From Podarcis muralis (taxonomy: Eukaryota), in contig NC_135658.1 of assembly GCF_964188315.1 (NCBI RefSeq), forward strand, positions 63,426,001 through 63,490,000: a DNA stretch of 64,000 nucleotides, read 5' to 3'. The notes under the pieces were generated by a model, which saw nothing but the letters and a program-made list of their open reading frames with translations, had not been told where the DNA came from and ran no database searches. Of the stretch, positions 52,416 through 62,335 are shown piece after piece; positions within the stretch are counted from its first letter, which is position 1, and each line of letters begins with the position of its first letter. The position numbers and the translations under genes were made by a program.

Positions 52416-52526
52416 GCTGGAGCACGATTTCTGTTCTCATTCTGAAGCAAAGTTCTTAACCCAATGTAATATTTCTGGGTTAGTGGAGTCTGTAACCTGA
52501 AGCCTCAGTTACCCGAGGTACGACTG
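52416..52526 (-). mobile_element. Half of a Tc1/mariner MITE
   Basis: Reverse complement aligns to the first approx. 115 bp of 49506-49745, then breaks off. Confidence 0.85.
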
Positions 52527-53205
52527 TCCCATGTAATGTAGTTTTGTGTTTTTGTGTTGTGAGCCTTGGATGTTAAACAGCCACCACCACCGCAGGCCCT
52601 TAAAAACAAGGTACTTTCATATTCATCTTTACTTGGAGGCAAGCCTCCCTCTTCCCAAGGGGGCCACTTCCCAATTCAGAGTGCTTGGCATCCTAAGGAG
52701 GGGAGCAGCGCTGGATTTGGGACGCTGCTGGTGGCAGAGGGGCGCAAATAACAACACTGAACAGATCCGTTGGAAAAAGCAGCTGTACCAAAATGAATTA
52801 TTGCGAAAATGAGGGATATTTGAGGGAGGGGCCGTCAAATGTTGTCCTCGCCCAGGACGCCACTTGAAGGAAGCAGCGGGGGCGGACGCGGGTTGGAATC
52901 CTCTCAGCCCGGCCTCCCTCACAGGGTTGTTGTGGGGGGTAAATGGCGGGGAGCCCCCCCGCCCCCCCCCCACCGAAACTCCTGGGAGGGAGAAAACGGA
53001 ATCCGAAAGCACTAATAATAAAAGCCAATTTATATATGTGGAGAGAGGGAGGGAACCCTGAGGCCGCGTCAGGCCCACAAAGGCGGGAAGGGGCCCCTCA
53101 GCCGCGCAGGAGGCGTCTGTCCCGCAAGAGGCCGGCAAAGGTCACCTCTGATGCCCTTGCGCCTCCCTCCCTCCATTGCGCGTGCAGCGGGGGGGCGTCG
53201 CTCAC

Positions 53206-53319
53206 CATCCTCTGTGGCTGTGCGTGGCGGCTGCAGGTCGGCTGGCCCCTCTAGCGCGCGTGGACGGCGACGCCCCTGGCGCAACTCAGGCGCTGGAGGG
53301 AGCGGAGTGAGCGGTACAT
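53206..53319 (-). CDS. FH: Fumarate hydratase exon 1 coding part (mitochondrial presequence) with in-frame TAG; may be an orphan or pseudogenised copy
   Basis: Translation MYRSLRSLQRLSCARGVAVHAR*RGQPTCSRHAQPQRM; Kozak CCGCCATG; ends in ...R-M then a GTGAGC donor (53205-53200). Vertebrate FH begins MYR(A/S)xR(L/S)L and its exon 1 ends on the second Met in phase 0. TAG at 53253-53251. Confidence 0.78.
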
Positions 53320-53400
53320 GGCGGAGGCTGAGGAGCGAGGCGCCGCGGGCGGGCGAGGGGGAGGAGGACGGAGTGGGCGGAGTCGCAGCCAATGGGGTGG
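53315..53400 (-). promoter_or_regulatory. TATA-less housekeeping promoter motifs
   Basis: GC boxes GGGCGG at 53347-53352 and 53375-53380, CCAAT at 53389-53393, YY1-like ACATGGCGG overlapping the start codon. Confidence 0.6.
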
Positions 53401-53505
53401 AAGAAACCCACGTTTCCTTTTTGAAAGAGAAACTTTTAAACGAGCGCGTGGTTGAAGAAGGCGCTTGCCCAGCTCCCCTCTGCGCCTCGGAGGGCGGGTT
53501 TGAGC

Positions 53506-53680
53506 ACGGCATTTCCATGCGCTGCTCTGGTTCGCCAGAAGCGGCTTAGTCATGCTGGCCACATGACCCAGAAGCTGTACACCGGCTCCCTCGGCCAATA
53601 AAGCAAGATGAGCACCGCAACCCCAGAGTCAGTCACGACTGGACCTAATAGTCAGGGGTCCCTTTACCCTTTACCTTTAC
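53506..53680 (+). mobile_element. 5'-truncated Sauria SINE at the upstream edge of the CpG island
   Basis: Aligns to the 3' half of 45985-46340 including the (ACCTTT)n-like tail; no TSD. Confidence 0.92.
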
Positions 53681-54966
53681 TGTTTTGTTTTGTGTTCTGA
53701 CTATTTATTTGTATTTTTATCTTGCGAACCACCTTGAGATCTTGAAAGGCAGCTTATAAATTTAATAATAAACAAACAACATTCCAGTTGCAGCCTTTCC
53801 TCTTTGGAACAGTTGGCTTGTGGTGAGAAAGTCTGAAGAACAGGACTTCTGAAGAAGTTTCTCATGGAGAAAATTTTGACTTGTACATATCTTTGAAGTG
53901 AACCAATTGGTCTTTGACTGACTCTAATATGCCTTTTATCACTAGAAGCCTGGCAGTCTCGTTGGCAGTGATTCACTTTATTGTTAATCCCAAGGGTTCC
54001 TCCAGTAAGTGAACACCTTGGATTTGACCTTTTGTTTCTTGCACTGTACTTATTGCAGCTAAGCTCTAATTACAGCACTTTTCCCTTTTAGAATGTAATC
54101 TCAGGTAATAGCATCTCTTGAAGTTCTTGGCTCTTGGCTCTGAGTCAAGATATTTGACAGCTAAGCTCCCAGTAAATTTCAGCCAGAAATAAGAAAAGTA
54201 TCCATTTTTGACAATAGCACTATTCAGTCACAGCTACAACTGACAAATTTGGTGCTAACAAGTTTGTTTTGAAGCATCTACAGATATCGTTGTTTCTTGG
54301 AGCTATTGAATATTATGTGTATGTCTGGGGAAATACTCCAGAAGAAAAACTAAGAAATTTATACCATGTTTCACTAGATCTATTATATTTATTCCTTATA
54401 TCTCAACTCTTGCCAAACTCAATAATAGTGATATGGGGCTAAATTAGCATTTCACTAAAAGGGTTAATCACTTCTCTTCTGGAAGCAGCTGTGCAGTTCC
54501 CAGCTGGTTTGCTTAGGTCCCTCAGTCATGAATTCCCTGGGAAGAGGATTGGTTATAAACCACTCTGGGAACTGTGGCTCTATGAGGGAACATGGGGTGT
54601 CACTTCAACTCTCAGCACCCCTAAGAAATGAAAGTTCCCAGGATTCTTTGGGTGAAGCAATGACTGTTGGTATAATGGTGCTTTAAATGTATAGTGTGGA
54701 TGTAGCTAAAGTTTATTGCACATTTGTGCCAACTTCCAAAGAGGCCTTTGTAACAGGCTTCCATGAAACATGATTTACAATATCTGGGGTCAAATGCCCT
54801 GATCTCACAAGATAAGTGAACTGGGAATATTCCTCTTCTGGTTATTTTGCTTTTAATGAGCAATCACCTTAGCTTAATCGACTCACTTAAAAGTCCAGGA
54901 GGAAAATAATGCACACACCCACACACCCAAAAAAATATCCCTGCCATTTACAGTAATCGGGTTGTT

Positions 54967-55013
54967 CCTTTCCCTTTCCCTTTCCCTTTCCCTTTCCCTT
55001 TCCCTTTCCTTTC
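54967..55013. repeat. (CTTTCC)n hexanucleotide repeat
   Basis: Seen directly. Confidence 0.95.
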
Positions 55014-56757
55014 TTCTGCTGTTTCTCCATTCCAAAGGAGCACACTTTTAGCATCCCATTTGTCCTATTCAGCCTAGCTAATAGACTTCATCTGTTGGGA
55101 CTAATTAACACACAGAATGACATTAAAATACAGTAAAGCTCAGTGACAATGTTACACAATAAAACACCATAACAATGGCAATACTGCAGCATAGACAAAC
55201 AGTAAACCTTGCATTCACACTGCATTTTCCCAGTAAGCGCAGTATCAGTATCCCTACAGGATCCATGTGGTAGAGCTTCTTCTAGAGAAGAAACCGCAAA
55301 CTGCAGTGAAACTAGAGCCACCATTAAATCTCTCAGTGCTCTCTAGAAAGTTATATTTTAAGGCATATTTGTAGGTTCCTGCTTGGGCAAAATATCTGAG
55401 GAATTCAAAGGAAGACCAGGGACTTTCAATAAGGCTGTCAAAAGTATTTGGAGTGGTTTTGCTGGAGACAAACAGTCAGGTTTTGCATTGATAGCAGTGA
55501 CCAGAGGAGAGCAGAGAGAAGAAACGCCATGGTGCATCTGCAGCAGCACAACTTGACACCTTCATCTGACCCAGCTGCAACAAAGCATGTCTCTCCCATC
55601 TCTACATCTACAGCAGGCACTGTAATCTTCCAACACTTTGGCTTCACCCCCAAAGCTACATTCCTTCATTGTCTCCCAAGACAGACAGATGCCAACAACA
55701 ACTGGTTTTGCATAGCTGGAGTTTACCAGTGAATTTTACCTGAGGCAAATTTGCATTAGAATGGCAATAAACACTAAATTTGTCTCAACAGTTACACCTT
55801 TTGTTGTTTGGTCTACACAACCTCTTGTGTTAAAATCTATTCTTATTCCTTATTTTTATTCATCCAGGTCTTTAATGAAAGCGGACATATTATAAAGGGT
55901 GATACCCAATGAAAGATATGCACATATTACTTAGTCTGCATCCAGTGTGTTCCAACTGCTAGTTGGCATTTACATGTTAGCCACAACCCATATTGATCCT
56001 CTAGTTTCAGTAAAAATACTGCTGTTTTTCCTCAAACCAGTTTCAATCCAACTACGAAACCTCGGCTGCATGCACTTTGTACTTATGAAAGGTCTGTACA
56101 GTTGAGACAGCCATCACACATCCACAGATGAGCAGACATGCAAATATAACGGCTTTGTGAACAGGATTTGGCAGGGGGGGCGAGTGGAGCAGGAAAAGGG
56201 AAACTGAAAGGGTTGTGCATGTCAGTTGAGGGAATCCGTACCCCTTCTTTAAGGGGTACAGCACTATGAAAATGTAGCTTGAAGCACAGCAGAAGTAATG
56301 ACCTCCCTGAGTTTCAAGACACTAATGTGAACATATCCTAAGTTATATACAGAGTAGACCCAGTGAAGTTAATGTACGTCAAAGGATAGGAGAGTAATTG
56401 TGAACTTGTGCAAGAGTTGCTAACTTGTGCCTGATTTGAAGAGGAAGGCTTCAGGTATATGCTCTGTGGAAAATATTTGGATTAATCACGGTACACTTTC
56501 ATTACTGTTATGACTCACCCCAGCCTGGCATCACCAGTTCCAGGATATTTGTGATCAACAAAAAAGGGAGAGGCAGATTAACGTCTACCTTGGCATGTAG
56601 CAGACTGGAGAGTGAGGGCATGTTTGTTTGTATTTGTCAATATTTGTGACATTAAGTAGATTTATAACACCAATTTATACCATTTCATTTGGTGTCATTT
56701 GGATATCCAGATCCCTGTTCATTTGCATTCATCTCCCATAAAACATATCCACCAACT

Positions 56758-58270
56758 TGTTGTTGTTGTTTAGTCGTTTAGTCGTGTCCGACTCTTCGTG
56801 ACCCCATGGACCAGAGCACGCCAGGCACTCCTGTCTTCCACTGCCTCCCGCAGTTTGGTCAGGCTCATGTTTGTAGCTTCGAGAACACTATCCAACCATC
56901 TCATCCTCTGTCGTCCCCTTCTCCTAGTGCCCTCCATCTTTCCCAACATCAGGGTCTTTTCCAGGGAGTCTTCTCTTCTCATGAGGTGGCCAAAGTATTG
57001 GAGCCTCAACTTCACGATCTGTCCTTCCAGTGAGCACTCAGGTCTGATTTCCTTAAGAATGGATGCGTTTGATCTTCTTGCAGTCCATGGGACTCTCAAC
57101 AGTCTCCTCCAGCACCATAATTCAAAAGCATCAATTCTTCGGCGATCAGCCTTCTTTATGGTCCAGCTCTCACTTCCATACATCACTACTGGGAAAACCA
57201 TGGCTTTAACTATACGGACCTTTGTTGGTAAGGTGATGTCTCTACTTTTTAAGATGTTGTCTAGATTTGCCATCGCCTTTCTCCCAAGGAGCAGGCGTCT
57301 TTTAATTTCGTGACTGCTGTCACCATCTGCAGTGATCATGGAGCCCAAGAAAATAAAATCTCTCACTGCCTCCATTTCTTCCCCTTCTATTTGCCAGGAG
57401 GTGATGGGACCAGTGGCCATGATCTTCGTTTTTTTGATGTTGAGCTTCAGACCATATTTTGCGCTCTCCTCTTTCACCCTCATTAAAAGGTTCTTTAATT
57501 CCTCCTCACTTTCTGCCATCAAGGTTGTGTCATCTGCATATCTGAGGTTGTTGATATTTCTTCCGGCGATCTTAATTCCGGCTTGGGATTCATCCAGCCC
57601 AGCCTTTCGCATGATGAATTCTGCATATAAGTTAAATAAGCAGGGGGACAATATACAGCCTTGTCGTACTCCTTTCCCAATTTTGAACCAATCAGTTGTT
57701 CCATATCCAGTTCTAACTGTAGCTTCTTGTCCCACATAGAGATTTCTCAGGAGACAGATGAGGTGATCAGGCACTCCCATTTCTTTAAGAACTTGCCATA
57801 GTTTGCTGTGGTCGACACAGTCAAAGGCTTTTGCATAGTCAATGAAGCAGAAGTAGATGTCTTTCTGGAACTCTCTAGCTTTCTCCATAATCCAGCGCAT
57901 GTTTGCAATTTGGTCTCTGGTTCCTCTGCCTCTTCTAAATCCAGCTTGCACTTCTGGGAGTTCTCGGTCCACATACTGCTTAAGCCTGCCTTGTAGAATT
58001 TTAAGCATAACCTTGCTAGCGTGTGAAATAAGTGCAATTGTGCGGTAGTTGGAGCATTCTTTGGCACTTCCCTTCTTTGGGATTGGGATGTAGACTGATC
58101 TTCTCCAATCTTCTGGCCACTGCTGAGTTTTCCAAATTTGCTGGCATATTGAGTGTAGCACCTTAACAGCATCATCTTTTAAAATTTTAAATAATTCAGC
58201 TGGAATATCATCACTTCCACTGGCCTTGTTATTAGCGATGCTTTCTAAGGCCCATTTGACTTCACTTTCA
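56758..58270 (-). mobile_element. 5'-truncated Bov-B (RTE) LINE
   Basis: (CAA)n tail at 56758-56771; 11-bp TSD ATCCACCAACT at 56747-56757 and 58275-58285. Confidence 0.95.
56770..58266 (-). CDS. Bov-B reverse transcriptase (partial, open frame with no start codon)
   Basis: The frame stays open upstream of the track ORF (SEVKWALESIANNKASGSDDIPAELF...); RT motifs NYRTIALISH, QAGFR, FIDYAKAFD, GVRQGCILSP.LF, YADD, LNIKKTK; ends KSRTRLND*. Confidence 0.93.
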   Translation of the reverse strand, partial: SEVKWALESIANNKASGSDDIPAELFKILKDDAVKVLHSICQQIWKTQQWPEDWRRSVYIPIPKKGSAKECSNYRTIALISHASKVMLKILQGRLKQYVDRELPEVQAGFRRGRGTRDQIANMRWIMEKAREFQKDIYFCFIDYAKAFDCVDHSKLWQVLKEMGVPDHLICLLRNLYVGQEATVRTGYGTTDWFKIGKGVRQGCILSPCLFNLYAEFIMRKAGLDESQAGIKIAGRNINNLRYADDTTLMAESEEELKNLLMRVKEESAKYGLKLNIKKTKIMATGPITSWQIEGEEMEAVRDFIFLGSMITADGDSSHEIKRRLLLGRKAMANLDNILKSRDITLPTKVRIVKAMVFPVVMYGSESWTIKKADRRRIDAFELWCWRRLLRVPWTARRSNASILKEIRPECSLEGQIVKLRLQYFGHLMRREDSLEKTLMLGKMEGTRRRGRQRMRWLDSVLEATNMSLTKLREAVEDRSAWRALVHGVTKSRTRLND

Positions 58271-59345
58271 ACTAATCCACCAACTACTCTTGGCTAAAGG
58301 CTAAATGGAAAAATTAACTTTGAAAACATATTTGAGGGCAGAAAATGAAAAGTCCTTACAGCTGTGGCATGAAATTGAGTTCCAAGAGCAAGGCTGAGGC
58401 TACAATCCAAAGCATGGTTACCAGAGAGTAAACCACACTGGACACAATCAGAATTCCTTCTGAATAAACATGTGCTTAGGAATGCAGCGCAGTGGGTCAG
58501 GGATATGGCCAGGAGTTAAGTATTTGAGCTTGTGTTGTTCTCTTTCACCTATATGAATGCAGTTGTTTCAGGAGATTCTACGAACCTTTTCATTTTTAAG
58601 AGTAACAAGGTATCTGTGTAGTAAAAGGTAAGAAAACCAAGACAGGTTATCTGAAATGTCCTATTCTGCATAATTACTGTGCAAGTAGCAGGCAAAATTG
58701 AAGAAGGAATTAAAATTATGTTCCACTCAACCATGTTCTTCAGTATGAGAGACATTATATCGTGTACTTAAATCCAATAGCTTAATCCAATTAAGACAAC
58801 TGTATAATTTGAATTTAATTATTAGACAAGCTAGATGATGGAAATCATGTATGCATATCAAACATGAAGCTATGCACATTTTACTGTTCTACCTGATGTC
58901 ATTATGTATGTCACTAATTAATGTGTATTCATATATGAGTTTTGTCTAAAGGTCACTTAAATTGTAGGCTGATTACTTTGGCTTTTCCTCAACACACTTT
59001 GAATATTATTTAGCTCCAGTACTGAAAATATGCAGTATTTCCACTGAGTAAGGTTAACCAGCAAGGCTGGATATGAAGCACAATAAGGATTATACACAAA
59101 CAGAACACTTGGCAACACACAACTACATTGTGTGACATTGCGCAAGGTGGGTTACAATGACTGTTTCAATGAAACCTTCTTTTGAAAAGGGAAAGGAAGA
59201 AGGGAAACATGACTGGGAGGGGGAGAGAAAGAGTGAGGAGTGTGAACAAGTTATACATTAAAATTATAAGAGTCCTGTGTTTCAGTTTGGGTTAAAAGTG
59301 GTTTCTGAGTCTCATAAGATTGAATGCACCAATCCGTTGAGTTAT

Positions 59346-59381
<36 letters not shown>

Positions 59382-59384
59382 TGC

Positions 59385-59545
59385 ATTTCTATATGCAGTG
59401 CATAGTCAAAGTTTGGAAATTGCTACCCCAGGAGGCAGTGATGGCCACCAACTTGGATGGCTTTAAAAGAGGATTAGACAAATTCATGGAGGAGAGAGGT
59501 GTCAATGGCTACTAACCAAGATGGCTGTACTCTACCTTCTGTGGA
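59385..59545 (+). mobile_element. Old CR1-type ORF2 C-terminal fragment
   Basis: IVKVWKLLPQEAVMATNLDGFKRGLDKFMEERGVNGY*, a CR1-like terminus. Confidence 0.7.
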
Positions 59546-59689
59546 GATGACATTAGAGAAAGGGAATTGCAGCCTAGAGATGACAAGCAGGGAGGAAGGA
59601 GTAGGAAGTATTCAAACCATAAGTTTCCAGCCATTGTAACTTATCCCAACAATATCAAAATAAGCTCCAATAAACAAGAGGGGAAGACT

Positions 59690-60288
59690 TGAAAACAACA
59701 GAAGCAGACCTCAGAACACTTGAAGCAGCCTTTGGAAGGCACAGCCCATAGAATGATTCCTGCTGCTTCCCAGAGGAGGAGGAGACGAGTGGTGGTGATA
59801 GATGACTCCATGACCTTACTGTGGGTGTCTGCCATAGACTGCCAAACCAGACTGAAGACTTGGATGATGCCTTACCAGAGCAGATTACCAAACATTCAAA
59901 AGGGAAAGAAACAGTAATCATGGGGGGGGGGCTGCAATTTCCCCAATATCTGTTGAGACTCAAACTCTGCCAAGCGTGTGAGATCTGCCAAATTCTTCCA
60001 TTGCCTCGCTGACAATTTCATTCCCCAGAAGATGGAAGAACCAACAAAGGGATCATCTGTCTGGGACCTGGTCCTCACCAATAGGGAGCAACTGATTAAT
60101 GGAGTGAAAGTGTTTGGAAACGTGGGAGGAAGTGATCATATTCTCCTGGGTTTCAAGATACAGAAACCCTCGGAGGTTTTTAAACAGAGGTTGGATGGCC
60201 ATTTGTCATGGATTGCTGCATTGCAGGGGGCTGGAGTAGATGACCCTTGAGGACCCTTCCAAGACAAAGATTCTATGATTCTATGATT
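59690..60288 (+). mobile_element. Internally deleted CR1 (ORF1 piece + endonuclease piece + 3' end)
   Basis: RRRRVVVIDDS (ORF1 esterase motif), VGVCHRLPNQTEDLD and DLVLTN...GGSDH (APE), then EVFKQRLDGHLS, 3' UTR and ATTCTATG tail; RT absent. 5' boundary approximate. Confidence 0.85.
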
Positions 60289-61039
60289 ATGAGGAGACCC
60301 TAGGGAAGAGAGATGAAATTACCATTTTCTTCCCTTCTGCTAAAGTTGAGAAAAATAAAAGCAACTCACTCTCTCAGTTATGACATTAAGCATTCTAAAT
60401 ATCTTAATTTCATGTGAGAACAGAAATATGATGGAATAAGAACTTTATATGGATGGTTTCCCACTCAATAGTCCTCAATTAAAATGTTAAATGACTGCTG
60501 AAAACTGCTGTTCATTTCCTTCAGAAAAATAATCAAGGCTGTTCAATCAAAATAAAATCTTGTGCATCCTAAACCTGGGAGCGAGATATTGGCATGGCTT
60601 TGATTAAGCCTCATAACAAAAAGAGGGGTGTCAATAACAATGATGATAATGATGAGGAAGCCAAGAAAATAAGACAGGGAGCGAAGGGCACCGGCATAAC
60701 TCCAAGTGTCAAAACAAAACATATATGGGAATTAAGAATAGGATATTCATGGGATAATCACCATTAACTGCCCCATTAGCTCAGAACAAAAAAGTAGGTT
60801 CTTTGGAAGTAGTTGGCTTTCTCAGAAAAGGCACTTTAAATACAGAAGTTTCACTGTGTTTGCTCTTGAAGCATTTTGCCATTCTCTAACTACTCTTGAT
60901 TCTGGATTTAGAAATTCATTATAGAATGGGACAGTTAATGGTGATTAACTGAGTTAATCCGAGTCCGAGTTCCTTATGAGTCCCATAAAGGCCAATGTTT
61001 AACTCTGAGTTGGTGTTGTTTTGTTTTTTGTTTTGTTTT

Positions 61040-61540
61040 AGGCAGTAATGTTCTGAATACCAGTTGCTGGAAACTGCAAGAGGAGAGAATGTTCTTCTTC
61101 TTGGGTCTTGCTTGTGGATTTTCCACAGGCAATGGCTGATCACTGCGAGAACAGAAAGTCAGACTAGATAGGCCATTGGCCTAATCCAGGGGTCAGTAAC
61201 CTATTTCAGCCATGGGCCGGTCCACCATCCCTCAGACCATGCGGTGAGCCGGACTGTTTTTTTGGGGGGTGGGGAGATGAACGAATTCCTATGTCCCACA
61301 AAGAACCCAGAGATGCATTTTAAATAAAAGCACACATTCCGCTCATGTAAAAACACCAGACAGGCCCCACAAATAACCCAGAGATGCATTTTAAATAAAA
61401 GACACATTCTACTCATGTAAAAACACGCTGATTCCCAGACTGTCTGTGAGCCGGATTGAGAAGGCGATTGGGCCGCATCTGGCCCCCGGGCCTTAGGTTG
61501 CCTACCCCTAGCCTAATCTATCAGGCTTTTATGTTCTTAA
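61040..61540 (+). mobile_element. Older CR1-type 3' UTR interrupted by a hAT MITE
   Basis: Homologous to 31710-31868 on both sides of the MITE. Confidence 0.6.
61187..61510. mobile_element. hAT (Charlie-like) MITE with internal tandem duplication
   Basis: CAGGGGTCAGTAAC / GTTGCCTACCCCTA termini; perfect 8-bp TSD GCCTAATC at 61179-61186 and 61511-61518; the approx. 70-bp unit aacccagagatgcattttaaataaaag...catgtaaaaacac occurs twice. Confidence 0.92.
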
Positions 61541-61699
61541 CCTCTCTCCAGAGGGTGAAAGTTATTTTAAACACTTCCTTTGGATGGAACTTTTTCTCTG
61601 TTATGAAAAGTGATTGCTAATTGTTTGCTAAAGAAGATAACTGGGAAACAAAATTAGAAACACTTTTCTCAGCACTACTCTTTACAAACACTTGGTATG

Positions 61700-62335
61700 G
61701 GATTAAGAGTAGGAATATCATGGGATAATCAACATTAACTGTCCCATTCTCGAATGAATTTCAAATCCAGAATCAAGAGCAGTTTGAGACTTTAAAGAAT
61801 GGCAAAATGCCAGTTTAGAAACTATAAAAATATTATTATAGTACTAGGGAGTTTTGGCATTTGAGGAGGTTACAAGATCTATGGCAGGAAGGAGACCATG
61901 CTGTTTCAATATTTTCAAATTAGAGGTGCAATCGCTTCCTTAATACAGGAATATGGGGCTGTTAGGAAATAAAACAAGTGGAAAACTTTATTTTCCATTT
62001 GGACAAAGGCATAATTGCAATTTTTAATGACCTCTGGCTAGGTTTCGATCAGAAAAATTGCAGAGAGATTTGGGTCAAAGAATAATGAGGAATCAATTGA
62101 AGTCGATTTGGGATAATGTCCTTCTAAAATAATATCAGGAAATTTAAAGTAGAATTGCTTTAAGATTCTGTACCAATGGTACATAACACTACATAACACC
62201 CTATAATTAAACTGAGATCTGGCAAATGCTGGAGATGTGGATTGTGTAAGCAGACTAGATACATGATTTTTGGAATTGTCCTCAAACGCAGACACTTTGG
62301 AAATCTGTACAGATGACATAGAAATCAACTCAACA
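61700..62335 (+). mobile_element. Degenerate L1-clade ORF2 C-terminal fragment
   Basis: Frameshifted pieces NCFKILYQWYIT, KCWRCG and IHDFWNCPQTQTLWKSVQ match the cysteine-rich C-terminal region of L1/Tx1 ORF2. Confidence 0.7.

Larger units (their letters stand above)
51910..53530. promoter_or_regulatory. CpG island (two GC-rich blocks, about 51910-52390 and 52770-53530)
   Basis: Visibly GC- and CpG-dense against an AT-rich, CpG-poor background; surrounds the FH-like first exon. Not computed. Confidence 0.9.

Noticed and set aside
53251-53271. 21-nt GT...AG segment (GTCGCCGTCCACGCGCGCTAG, minus strand) whose removal would delete the FH stop codon in frame
   Set aside because: Far below the minimum size of vertebrate spliceosomal introns; no donor consensus, branch point or pyrimidine tract.
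51818-53598. Cluster of long Pro/Arg/Gly-rich ORFs in the CpG island
   Set aside because: Expected from stop-codon scarcity in GC-rich DNA; only the FH-like exon has homology and splice support.
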